A stretch of DNA of 64,000 nucleotides from Chlorokybus atmophyticus. Lineage: Eukaryota > Plantae > Mesostigma and Chlorokybus algae. Below, piece by piece: positions 10,184 to 22,000 of this stretch. Made by a program: the position numbers and the translations under genes. The notes beneath the pieces were generated by a model. That model had not been told where the DNA came from and did no database searches. It saw only the letters and a list, made by a program, of their open reading frames with translations. The DNA lies in contig RHPI01000385.1 in the NCBI GenBank assembly GCA_009103225.1, positions 643,479 through 707,478 of the forward strand. The letters are read 5' to 3'. Position 1 is the stretch's first letter. Each line of letters opens with the position of its first letter.

Positions 10184-12275
10184 TGTTGAGAACTAGTGAT
10201 GCGCCTAGTGTGTGTGTATTTGCCTCCTACATAAAAGTGTGCACACACTAAGGACAAGTGCAGCAAGCACGCCAACTATAGAGACAATGTGCGACCCACT
10301 GTATTAAGCAGTATACAGTGTCTTATATACTATGCTACTAAGCACTAGTCAACTCTAGTCAACTCTGGTCAAAGTCAACACTAGTCAACACTAGTCAATG
10401 GTCAAAGTCAACGGTCAAAGTCAAAGTTGACCATGGTTGACCATAACTGCCGTAACTCCCGTAACTCCCGTAACTCTCGTAACTCTCGTAACTCCCGTAA
10501 CTATAAAGGTTAAGCTGATCGTACCAACTACATGTAGGCGCCGCCTATACATGTACTTTCAACAAGCTATAACATTTAACACTCCCACGCGAGCAGCTTG
10601 ACCTTGAACTCCAAGTTCTTCTCGCAAGCTTACCCACATTAACTTACTCCATTGAACACTCCCACGGATCTGTTGCTCCCACGGACTTGATGCTTATCTC
10701 CATGACACCATCTTTCTCCTCATGCTGCCACCAGGATTACAAGGTTTCAATACTCCTTGTTTCCTCCTCATAGTTGTCGCATTAGGTTCCACAACGCCAC
10801 GCCTGACCTTGCTCAGGTGGTTTCGAGGACTCCCTCAATGGCAAACTATGCTATAAACTACACTGAGTTTTCTACCTTAGCAATGCTGTACCAGAGTGTA
10901 GGCCGTGCAAGGGTTGATCAGACCCTTCTACCAAGGAAGCACCCCTCCCATCTCCTGTTAGCTATACAACTTAGTCCTTGCATGCTAATCAAGTGAAGTG
11001 TTCCAACTAGTACCGCACACCTGTGTGCTACCAAAAAACAACTCCACAGCAATGCAACCTCTAGTGTATGCAGCTCAACACCAGCAACTACTCATAGGCT
11101 AGCAGTAACTCTCACAGACCTTTGTGTCTGCGACCTCCGTCTGCGCATGTCCTTCACGCGCCCTTGCAGTGGGAGAGAACGGACGGACACCATCCACTGC
11201 AACTCCTTGAGGTCCTCACCAATGCTAGAAAGCAATCGCCATCGTGGCGTGCTCCTCCTTGGTTGCCTCATCGTGGATCCTCTTTTGGCACTCGCGAATG
11301 AAGTGGCCCTTCATCTTGCAATAGTGACACTCTTTGTCACGTGATGGCTTCCCACCACCTGCTTTGCTCCTGCTTCGTGTGTGTTGAGAAGATGAGGCAG
11401 AAAATGCAATAGGTTCTCCACCATTCTCTATCTCCTGAACATCCAATTTGCCTTCCACAGCTAGCAGCTTAGGCACTACATCAGCAAACTTTAAAACCAC
11501 ATCTGAGGACTCCAACACAGTCACTAGCGTAGCAAAGCTCTTTCCTAAGCCAGCTAAGACTGCCCACATCACCTCCTCTTCCTTCACATCGTGGCCCACT
11601 GCTGCAAGGTCTTGCCAAAGCTCCCTTGCACGCGAGATGTACTTCTGGATTGGCTCTTTGTGCTCCATCTTCAGAAGTGTCAGCTTGCGTCTCAGCTGCA
11701 ACTTGCGCGAGTTGCTGTTGGCCTTGAAGAGGGTGTCGAAGACCTCCCACGCCTCACGTCCAGTCTTGCAATCCGCAATAAGAGGGAGATGGAAGTCTTT
11801 GACGTGCAAGCCTATCAGCGCAAAAGCTGATTGTGAGTTCTCTGTCCAGGTACCAGTGTCACCTGTTCTTGGCCGCAATGATGTGGAGGAAGTGGGATCG
11901 ACAAAACTCCAGAGCTTCTTGCGGATCAGCACCAACTTCATCTTCAGCGACCATGAAGCGTAGTTGTGCAGATCAAGGGACTCGATGGGCATCCTGTCTG
12001 TGTCAGCCATTGCTTGCTACACAATAGTACAACTCACCCTCTCCCCAAGAACACTCTACTAGTAGGCGCCTATGCTCAACACTCTCTCTCACTAGCACAA
12101 GCGATCACACAAGCGAGTGTGGGCCCATAACCTGTTGAGAACTAGTGATGCGCCTAGTGTGTGTGTATTTGCCTCCTACATACAAGTGTGCACACACTAA
12201 GGACAAGTGCAGCAAGCACGCCAACTATAGAGACAATGTGCGACCCACTGTATTAAGCAGTATACAGTGTCTTAT
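10184..12275 (-). mobile_element. Copia family A copy 2: truncated 5' LTR (12133-12275), PBS, intact gag, non-coding spacer, 3' LTR (10184-10581)
   Basis: LTR end CTCAACA followed by PBS GGTTATGGGCCCA (12120-12132); 261-aa gag; ~640 bp between the gag stop and 3' LTR with no INT, RT or RNase H motifs. Confidence 0.92.
11225..12010 (-). CDS. Intact copia gag (261 aa; DUF4219-like NYASWS..MK, UBN2-like region, CCHC zinc knuckle)
   Basis: LDLHNYASWSLKMKLVLIRKKLW; EAWEVFDTLF; RKLTLLKM...PIQKYISR; CHYCKMKGHFIREC. Confidence 0.92.
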   Translation of the reverse strand: MADTDRMPIESLDLHNYASWSLKMKLVLIRKKLWSFVDPTSSTSLRPRTGDTGTWTENSQSAFALIGLHVKDFHLPLIADCKTGREAWEVFDTLFKANSNSRKLQLRRKLTLLKMEHKEPIQKYISRARELWQDLAAVGHDVKEEEVMWAVLAGLGKSFATLVTVLESSDVVLKFADVVPKLLAVEGKLDVQEIENGGEPIAFSASSSQHTRSRSKAGGGKPSRDKECHYCKMKGHFIRECQKRIHDEATKEEHATMAIAF

Positions 12276-13082
12276 ACGGCCATACATGCTGCGCATACCA
12301 TGGCAGGCCAGGCCTCTCCCATTGCGCATGCACTTGTTGCTGTTGTGCGTGAGGCCGCTGCCAGGCTGCTCCCATTGAACTTGCGGAAGAAGGACGCCTA
12401 CGTGCCTGAGCTCTTGCAAGCCATGGTCTCGCACTTTGCTCGCAACGGGTGGGACTTGGTGGCCAGGTTGCAAACGATGACGGTGCTGTTGAGGTTTGTA
12501 GGTATGATGCGGTATTCCGACCACGCGGAGGACATTGTCCTTCGCCCAGGCCGCATGGATCTCGTCATCCCGCGCAGCAAAACCGATCAACACGGTGTGG
12601 GCGCCACAGTGCACATAGCTGCTGTGGGCGGTGATTTGTGCCCTGTGATGCACACCAAAAAGTTGTTATTTACCTCGGGATATTGGCACGCGGGCCCGGG
12701 CAAGTTGCTGCGCTCCATAATACAAGCGGGGGGAACGTGCGTCATATGCAATACCGTGGTACCATATGGCACCATCCTTGGTTGGGAGAAGGCAGCCATT
12801 AAGGCGGTAGAGGAGGACCCCACGCGCTTTGGCACACACTCTGCTCATTCGGGAGCTGCGACCCAAGCCATGAAGGCTGGTGTGCCCCAACACCTGTGGC
12901 AGCCATTGGGCGTTGGAAGTTTGCCACTGCAGCTGAGGGCTATGTGCGCACAGCGTTGCCTGAGTTGCACACACTGACGAGGAGCCTCAGCTTGGGTGGT
13001 ACGTGCTCTCACTGTTTTTATCCATCTATCGACCCATAGCGGCCCCCCAGCATAAGCTGTGTGTCGCATATAACTCGTGTGA
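12276..13082 (+). pseudogene. Tyrosine recombinase fragment of the YR retrotransposon plus B1 repeat
   Basis: GMMRYSD...IPRSKTDQHGVG...FGTHSAHSGAATQA; homologous to 16433-17250 in reverse; truncates the copia A 5' LTR. Confidence 0.88.
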
Positions 13083-13463
13083 CCTTGAAGTGTTGCAGTG
13101 CGTGAAGTACTTGCAGGGCGTGCGGAGAGCGCATGGGAGATGCCTAGTCAACATCATGATATTCAAGTGTGATGCTTGAACATGGATAGGAGAGGAGTTG
13201 CTTAGCGCGAGAAGCGTGGAGGTTACACTTTGCGAGCATGGTATCGTGCTAAAATTATACTATACGCGAGCGAGCTGTTTGCGGAGATGATGACAAACAT
13301 TGGCAGCGAGCAGCTTCAAGTTGGTGCTAGCATCATGTGGTGGGGCAAGAAGTTCCAGGTTAACTTCAAGGCAATGAAGGCGTGGGAGCTTGCGCATGCT
13401 GATGTGTAGATGCGAGCAACAAGCTGCCTGCGCGGGAGTGTTGAAGGTTAAGCAAATGAGGTT

Positions 13464-15940
13464 AATGAGATTGCACAATAACAACAATGCACACGCACAA
13501 GTGCGGCGCTAGCAAGTAGAGCAAGGTGGATCTTACTGTATTGCACAACATACAGTGTCTTATATAATACACTTGTGAGTGCTAGTAAACACTAGTCAAC
13601 TCTAGTCAAAGTCAAAGTGACCGGTCAAAGTAAAAGTCAAAGTCCACGGTCAAAGTCAATGTTGACCTTAGTGACCTGCGATTGGCAGTTGAACTGTTAC
13701 GGCAAAGGTGAATGTAGAAGTTTAGCTAAGGCGCTCAACAAAGTATCTGTAACACTCCCATGCGAGCATCCTTAGCCTTCAACTTTGAGCTCCATGCAAC
13801 ATGTCTGAAACTTGGTAGGGGGTAGTGGCTTGGTCATGCAATCCGCGAGCATGTTCTTCGTGCTGCAATATTTGAATTTCAATTTACCTCGTGCAACTCT
13901 TTCCTTCACCAAGTGGTGCATGATGTCAATAAACATCGACTTGGCGAATGAGATGGGGTGCATGCTCTAACTCGAGCGCTCCTTGGTTGTCACATAATGC
14001 AGTGCGGACCCAAGGTCAGTGACGAAGCTATGAAGCCATAGTGCTTCCTTCACTGCAGATGAAGCCGCCATGTACTCGGCCTCTGTAGTGGATGCAGCAA
14101 TAGTAAGTTGTAGACGGCTTATTCAGCTAATGACGCCTCCTCCCATAAAAAAAGTGTGACCTGTGGTAGACCTCCTCGTGTCGAGGTTTTCGGCATACTC
14201 TGCGTCACAGTAGCCATGTAATGTGATGTCCTTCTTTCTCCTAAAGATGATACCCACGTTTTGTGTGCTTTCGACATAACGAGGAACTCCTTTCGCCGCC
14301 TTTCAATGCTGCACGGTGCATGCTGACATGTGTCTCGCTAAGACTCCCACGGCTTGTGCGACGTCAGGTCTCGTAGTAACGGATAAATAGATGAGGCCCA
14401 GCGAGCTCACCGTAAGGGTGGATAGCTGTATCCAGCACAAACGTAGTGTCCCGTGCCTTAATCAGCTGAACTCTCACACTCAGAGATGTCATCTAGCCCT
14501 TTGCATCCTGCATGTTGAACTTCTTGAGCAAGTCAAGTACCATTTGATTCTGAAGTAATGTTGACGATCTTTGCAACTCCGTCCCTGGTGATATCAATGC
14601 CGAGAAACAAGTGTGCATCTCCAAGAGCTTGAACGTTAAATGAAGACGTCAGTGTCACCCCGATTTGCTGTGCTGAAGCGCTTGTCGATGCCAAGATAAT
14701 GTCGTCCATGTACACCAGCAGCCAGACCTATCCATCTTCATGAATGAAGAGCCCCGAGTCTGATGTAGACTGTTGTACGCCCATCTTCTCCAGCTCTTTG
14801 TTGAGCCGAATGTGCCAAACTCGCGGGGCTTGCCTAAGCCCATGTAAAGCTTTGTGCAGCAAGCATGCCTTACCCGAGTCTCCCTCCTCGTACCCTCGTG
14901 CCCTCGTACCCTTGAGGCTGCTGCACGAAATATGCTCATCCGACTATCCACTGAGAAAGGCAGTCTTCACATCAAGGTGGTCGGCTCCAAGTCCTCCACA
15001 CCAACCTTGGAGAGTAGTGCCATGAAGGTTGTGCATTTGCTAGCAGGTGCAAAATCCTCGTTGCAATCTCCCTCCTGTTAAAAGAAGCCCTTTGCTACAA
15101 GTCGCGCCTTGCAGCGGTTAATGTTGCCCTTGCCGTCATGCTTGATATTATACACCCACTTGACAGGTATAGGCTTGACGCCTTGTGGAACCTGCTTGAG
15201 TACTCAAGTCTTGTTGGCGTGTAGCGAATCAATCTTCTCATCCATGGCCTTGCGCCACAACTCTATATCTGAAGCTGTGTGGGCCTCATGACAGGTGGTC
15301 GGTATTCTCAAGCGCTTAAAAATCGACGACGCTGCGTAAAGTGTAGTGGCAATATGTGTCTCACAGGGTAGCGCCTATCTGACTGTTCCGTGGGCGCTTC
15401 CTTCTCCTCAAGGTGTGGTGCAATACCAGGAACAACCTCTTCAGGAATGACCTCCTCATGAACAACCATGTTCATAAGTGCAATGCTAACCTCAGGCTCT
15501 GCAATGTCATTCTCCGCAGGTTTTGAAGGTGTTGTTGACATTGGAACTGTTTTCTCGTCAAAAATAATATGCCTTCGAACCACAATCTCGCCCTTGTATA
15601 AGATCATATATGCCTTGGAGTTGGGCTCGTATCCAATGAAGACACCTGTCTCCCTCACATTCTCGAGCTTTCTCCTTAGGCTTAGGAATGTGTGGATACG
15701 CCTTAGCTCCAAACACACGCATGTGCATTGTCAGGCTTCTAACCATAGAACAACTCCCACGGGGTCTTGGCTTTGTTGCTCGTAGGTAACCTGTTGCGAA
15801 TGTAACTGATCGTGACATACGCCTTAGCCCATAAGGCTTTGTCAAGCTCTGCATTAGTAAGCATGGCACGCACACGCTCCACAAGTGTGCGGTTGAGGCG
15901 CTCGGCAGCACTGTTTTGCTCAGGTGTGTAAGGTGCCGTG
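13464..15940 (-). mobile_element. Copia family B 3' part: degenerate integrase-RT-RNase H and 3' LTR (13464-13754)
   Basis: TAPYTPEQNSAAERLNRTLVERVRAML, GVFIGYEPNSKAY, YMDDIILAST, KYCSTKNMLADCMTKPL; GGGAG then TGTTACAG as LTR start. Confidence 0.9.
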
Positions 15941-16476
15941 AAACTCACACATGAGTTATATGCGACACACAGCTCATGCTGGGGGGTCGTCATGGGTCGA
16001 TAGCATGGTGGCTATGCCCAGCACCCAAGTGCATTACAATACAAATGTACAAGTGTACAGATACAGGCTGATCTATACACAAGTCTGCACTAGGGCACTA
16101 GGCTACAACAACGGGAATTACTTCTTCACACCAAGTACGAAAGTCGCGCGCTTTTTCAATCTTCGACTTGTTGATGGCGCCACTGCTGCCGACGCGGAGG
16201 TTGAAGCTTGGGAAGCATGTACACCTGCAAAGCATACCACCCTCGCCAAGGATGGCGCCGCCGCGCTAGGGTTTCATCGATTAAATAAGAAGCTTGTGAC
16301 TTACAACTCACATCTGGTGAGTGCTTGTGCCCCCAAGTGCCCAAGGCAATAGGGGCACAAGAGTCTCATAACCCATTAGCGAGTTCTTGAGTTCATGGGC
16401 GCGCGTTTCATGCGCTTCATAAACATATATAATTCACACACGTTATATGCGACACACAGCTTATGCGGGGGGGTCA

Positions 16477-17435
16477 CTATGGGTCGATAGATGGATAAAA
16501 ACAGTGAGAGCACGTACCACCCAAGCCGAGGCTCCTCGTCAGTGTGTGCAATTCAGGCAACGCTGCGCGCACATAGCCCTCAGCTGCAGTGGCAGACTTC
16601 CAACGCCCAAACTGCTGCCACAGATGTTGGGGCACACCAGCCTGCGCGGCTTGGGTCGCAGCTCCCGAATGAGCAGAGTGTGTGCAAAAATGCGTGGGGT
16701 CCTTCCCTGCCGCTTTAATGGCTGCCTTCTCCCAACGAAGGATAGTGCCGTATGGCACCACAGTGTTGCGTATGACGCACGTTGCCCCCGCTCGGATAAT
16801 GGAGCGCGGCAACTTGCATGAGCCCGCATGCCGATAACCCGAGGCAATTAAAACTTCTCGGTGTGCATCACCGGGCATAAGTCACCGCCCACAACAGCTA
16901 TGTGCACTGTGGCGCCCACACCGTGTTGATCGGTTTTGCTGCGCGGGATGACGAGATCCATACGGCCTGGGCAAAAACTAATGTCCTGCGCGTTGACCTT
17001 CGCCAGGTTAGAATACCGCATCATACCCGCAAATTTCAGCAACGCCGTCACCGTTTGCAACCTGGCCACCAAGTCCCACCCGTCGCGAGCAAAGTGCGAG
17101 ACCTTGGCTCGCAGGAGCTCAGGCGTGTAGGCGTCCTTTTTCCGTGTGTTTATTGGCAGCAGCCTGGCAGCGGCCTCACGAACCACCGCAACAAGTGCAT
17201 GCGCAGTGGGAGAGGCCTGGCCTGCCATGGCATGCGCAGCATATATGGCCGAAGAGGCATGTTTCGCAGGTGCCGGGGTGGTTGAATCCACCGACATCTT
17301 GTTCAAAATCAAGGCCACTGTGCCAGGGTTTGCTGGCAGGGCAGCCCAACCACGAGGCGTGCAAAACTCCACAAAGCGATGCCAGTAGCCCTCATGGCCC
17401 CGCAGGGTGCTAGTAGCACGTGACGCCGCTGCCAC
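16477..17435 (-). pseudogene. Tyrosine recombinase (one frameshift near 16850)
   Basis: R(YS)...K(TD)...H-S-x-H(R)...GRW...Y catalytic layout across ORFs 16848-17435 and 16477-16878. Confidence 0.9.
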
Positions 17436-17833
17436 TGCTGGGTATAAGGTGCGCAGGCGCTCAATCTCGTAGTCTCTGGGGACGTTGGGTACGAGCGACT
17501 GTAAGCTTCGCTCAATAGCAGCTGCACATAGCCCGTGTCAATGGCCAGGACGCAAGTCAATCCGCAATGCCCGCATACGACTGTTGGGCAAGCCCCCTTG
17601 AAGTTCCGTGACTTGCGGGCTGGGCCACAAGCAGGCTGGGCCTCCGAGCAGGCTCACAACGTCTGTGACAAATGGTGCCCACACGCCGCCAGGGCAGAGC
17701 ACGGGCCACCAAGTTTGGGTTGTCCACTCAGGCACAATGAGGCACATGCGAGCCTTGCATTCGCGGGCATGGCGCAGAACAGCGCAACACGGTGTGGTGG
17801 GGGATGGCACCAGTTGTTGCAACCACTCGAGTC

Positions 17834-19440
17834 TCAGTGAAAGGCATTGCCGGATGAGCCCGGACATGGCAACACCGAGTTGAAGGCCACACAGACGGTG
17901 TTGGCATCCGTGGCGAAGCGGTCCACATCCGAGGGGCCCCACTTGCGAGTGAGCAAGCAAACCCATGGGGTTTGCAAGGTCCAACCGTTCCAATTCGGTG
18001 CTTTGGAGAGCGCGTCCGCCTCCTCATTGAATTCACGTGGTAACCACTCCACATGCAAGCGGATGCAATGCCGGTGGCAATGTAAGAAAGTACGGCATGC
18101 CACTTGCTGCAAGTGTCCGACCTCACTGCCCCCTTTGCGCATAATGTAGTACACATTGCGGACATCGCTATAGCACAGCACCGTGCGTCCATGTAGCTCC
18201 TCCTCGACAGTGAGCAGGGCACGCTCAAGTCCCAATAACTCGCGATATGTTGATGAAGTCAAGCACTCATCAGGTGTACATGTGCCCTTCGCCACGGGGG
18301 TAGCTGTGCCATGGTGCACTAATCCCTAGCCAGTGCCGCTAGCATCCATAAATTGCACTATGTCCGGCTGCACAGTAGGCCAATTGGGTGCTACGTTAAG
18401 CTCCTTGAAGTGGTCTCTCAGCCACGATAACTGCGTGATCTCAGGTTGGCGTAGCACCATGTGAGAGCTCCATGAGCGGCGGGTCTCAACCAAGCGGCGT
18501 GTATGCCAAGTCATGAGTTTGACGGCAGGGCCCAACACCATGAACATAGATTGCAGCTTGCCACAGATGCAGGCCAGCAACTTCACTGGCACATGGCGCC
18601 TATCACCAAATGCGCGTTGCAAGTCTCTAAGCAAACCATCGCGCTCCTTGCCGGGGACATGAACAGTGCCAGCGTGTGTATCCCACACAAAATCAAGGAA
18701 GATGATAACTCTGCTCGGCACGATCTGCGCCTTGGTATTGATCACCAGCCGGCACCATGCTGCGTCTACTTGCACAATGGACAGGGTGGAGGCATGCTCC
18801 GCCTTGGAGCGAGCAGCAAATAGGAAGTCATCAATGTATGGCAATACGCGAATGCCCTGCACACGCCAACGGCGCACCAATTGCTTCATAATCTTTGTGA
18901 ACACGAAACAAGCCGTGCTCAACCCAAATGGCAACGAGCAAAAGTTGAACACTTTGCCCGTAATCAAGAACCCCAAGTAGCCCTAAAAGGCGGGGTGGAT
19001 GTCCACATGATGATAGCCGAACTTGAAGTCCGTAGAGAACAACCAGTCCTCAGGTTGTAGCAAGTCCGGGATGCTGCGTACATCCTCATACTTGCACGGC
19101 GTGTTCACCATATAGGAGTTGACATAGCGCAAGTCCATAATGAGGCGCAACTTGCGGTCATCGTCGACCACATTGAGTGGGCTCACCAGGAGGGGGGGTG
19201 TCAAACACTCTTATGCGGCCCCACTATGCACTATGTTGGTAATGGCAGCTGCAGTGAAGTCCGCAAACTCATGCACACCCTTATGATTAGTAAATGCCCA
19301 TTCGGGGGGTGGGTCAGCCGCCCATGGTAGCTTGTACCCGTACTCCACCCATGAGAGCACCATAGTAGACTCACAGCATTAATGCCATGCTGGCAGGGCA
19401 TTACGCAATTGATGACGCATGTAAGGCCCTTCAACGGTGA
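17834..19440 (-). pseudogene. DIRS-type RT and RNase H (frameshifts and stops)
   Basis: ORF pieces 19231-19467, 18983-19204, 18326-18976 and 17834-18319 carry the RT and RNase H motifs in sequence. Confidence 0.9.
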
Positions 19441-19599
19441 GGTTGGTAGGGACGCGAGCAAACTCATGGTGATTCATCCAGTCGTGAACAAGGTCCTCCT
19501 CTGTGCTAGTGTAGGCTATTGCACATGACCACAAAGTGTCCTCAACAACGGAGCTCAGCCAGAGCCTCAACGGCATGACGACCGTAAATGGCTACAACT

Positions 19600-22000
19600 T
19601 GTGCAAATAGTGTCCAAATTGGGTCCCGTTTTGCTCGGCACGACGCTATTAGCCTCATTGTAATGGTCATAACATGTCGTCATTATGGTACCTCTTCGTG
19701 ATGTCTGCAACTTGCTGTGTAACACATTCGATACCGCCTGGCACAAAGTCATTTAACGACATCAAGTGTACTAGAAAAGTTGGTGCGTTTTTGCGCACCG
19801 CACATGTTACTTGCAATGCAGTGAGTAGCGCAGGGTCAAGGTGCTTGTGCTGCAAGTTATGCGACCCCTTCACAGACAATGTTACACGCTTACAACCTCA
19901 TTTTACTGTGCACAAGCGTGCGCAAGTATATTATGTCATTTGAACATTTATTTGCCATTTCTGTCTTGATACCATATTAACACCCGATATGTCAATGGTT
20001 ATTGCTATGAGAATCACATTGGCATAATAGTCACCAATTTTTACATTTGTTTCATTTCCCCTTTCACTAACAACGCGCCCCCGCACCGGCAGGTGAAAAT
20101 GCTAAGGGTTTACACGCTATTTTGTAGTGCACAACCCATTGTTCCTCAACGAAATTGTGTGTTGCATTAGTATCAATCGAGAAGAAATTGGTTACACCCT
20201 GCATTGTGGCAATGAATATCCACAACGCAGGTACCCGTTTTTGATATGTAGCCAAGAGTCCGTGACTAATGCGAGGGTTGATCAATATTGCCGACAACCG
20301 CACTTTCCATGTTTCACACTTGCCAAATTGCTTTAACAGCCCCCCCACAAAGTATGCATTTACCATGGGCCATAGTACTTGAGCATCTTCACCACCATTC
20401 TCAAGGTTTTGTAGATATTTTGCAACTCGATCAATGCATGCAACACATTGGTAAGCATGTTGAATTCCACATGTACCAGCGCACACAAGCAATCCATTCC
20501 GCTTTTTCAACATCAAAGAGTGGCAACTTGTCATGTGCTTGCCATGCATGTGTCATTACATGCGCTTGGGACAGATTATTAAATCAGCTTGCTGCTTGCA
20601 TTTCAAGCAATTGGCTATCAATCGCAGCTACATCAGTCACGGCGTAACCTATTCAACCTTCTTGGCCTTGCCCTTTTTGGTGGGGCAGTTCTTCGCAATG
20701 CGGCCCGGCTAATGATAGCCGTAGCAAGTGCGAGCCACAGCAGGTATAGCACCATCAGCAGATGTGCCATTGGGATGAGGCGTGAATGTCGTCGCCTTCT
20801 TTGCCGTGTGCACACTCGGTTGAGGGTAACGCTCCTCCCACCCTCTGCGGCTTGGCCGCAGCTGCCACATGTGCCTTCTCCTGCACCGCTGTGTCATCAC
20901 TGTACAGACACACGCTCAACTTCTGCAAGTTGGCCAAGTCCTCAGGAACCCAAGGAAGTCCCGATGCCATGTTGTACTAATGCTTTGAGAATTTCGCCAC
21001 CAAGTTGGCAAAAACGTCAAACGCCATGCGCTTCCCTTCGTATAAAAGTGGCTTATCATATATAGTCATAAGAGCAGCCACTCTTGAACTACCTCGCGCG
21101 AGTGGCGGAATGTTGTTCAATAAATCATGCTGAAGCATGCGGATCACCATTACCTTGCTTGTGCGAGGGAGTGTGGCAAAGACTGTCTTATAGCCATCAC
21201 GAACTTTCTGCGCCCATGCATCCCACGGTTTTTGATGAAGCTGAGGGTGGGCAGCAAGCAAAGCCTTACGCTCTGAGAAATACTTCTGAATGGCCCCGTC
21301 AATGACAATCTGAGTGTCCACTGCTCCACCTTGAGAAGAGTGGTTGAGAGAAGCATTGCTCTTCTGCATGCCTTCTTCTTCCTTGTCACTGCCAGTAAGC
21401 TTATGGCTTTCACTTGAGTCCTTCACTTCCTCATCATTAGATGGCTTGTATGATGTTTACTTCTCAGCCATAGAAGGATACCCCACACCTTCCTCTCCTA
21501 GTAAGACATCTGCCCAAGGACACAAGCTGTTAATAATGGATGTGTGCAAGTGCACAAACACACAAGTTGTGCACTTTAAAAGTGTTAAAACTGATTTTGC
21601 CTCCTCAAGTTTCAAGTGCTTAATGTGGAGTATTCCGCTCAAACAAGAGCTCTCCACACCTCTCAACTGAACACTTGCTTTGAAACGAACCGCTCGCGAA
21701 TTAACGGTACGGGTAAAAAGCTATAGCAACTGGAAGTTTTCACTTTGTACACTCAGCTCAACTCACAATTGCATTCGACACATAAGGTGCCGAAATCTCG
21801 TTGGGTTAGCCCTACAGGCCGACATTGACAAGTTGTAAGTTGTGAGTTTAACACCGGCCGCGCAGATTGACTCTGACTTACTGGCGGTCGAAGCAGCCGA
21901 TGTTGCCGCCGGACTGCGCCCTTCAAGGTTGTAAGTGTAAAACAACTTCAAACCCGTTTCCGTTGGCCATGGCAGCTCTTGTGCTTGTTGTGACATTTGT
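19600..22000 (-). pseudogene. Degenerate retroelement gag-like plus aspartic-protease region (gypsy-like)
   Basis: Collinear broken ORFs 21763-21996, 21457-21666, 20977-21426, 20755-20970 and 20067-20549. FSIDTNATHNFV resembles the (L/I)DSGATHNF protease motif; Cys/His cluster near 20720-20800. Confidence 0.6.

Larger units (their letters stand above)
15941..19560 (-). mobile_element. Tyrosine-recombinase retrotransposon (DIRS order, split-direct-repeat type): RT, RNase H, methyltransferase-like domain, YR, B1-A-B2 terminus; decayed
   Basis: SPLNVV...KLRLIMDLRYVN; LPFGLSTACFVFTK; PYIDDFLF; FMDASGTG; STYRELLG; EWLPREFNEEADALSK; DRFATDAN...IVPEWTTQTWWP; RYSN...SKTDQHGVG...HSAHSGAAT...GRWKS...AEGY. 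Direct repeats at ~15943-16003 and ~16433-16490. The 5' boundary is uncertain. Confidence 0.92.
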
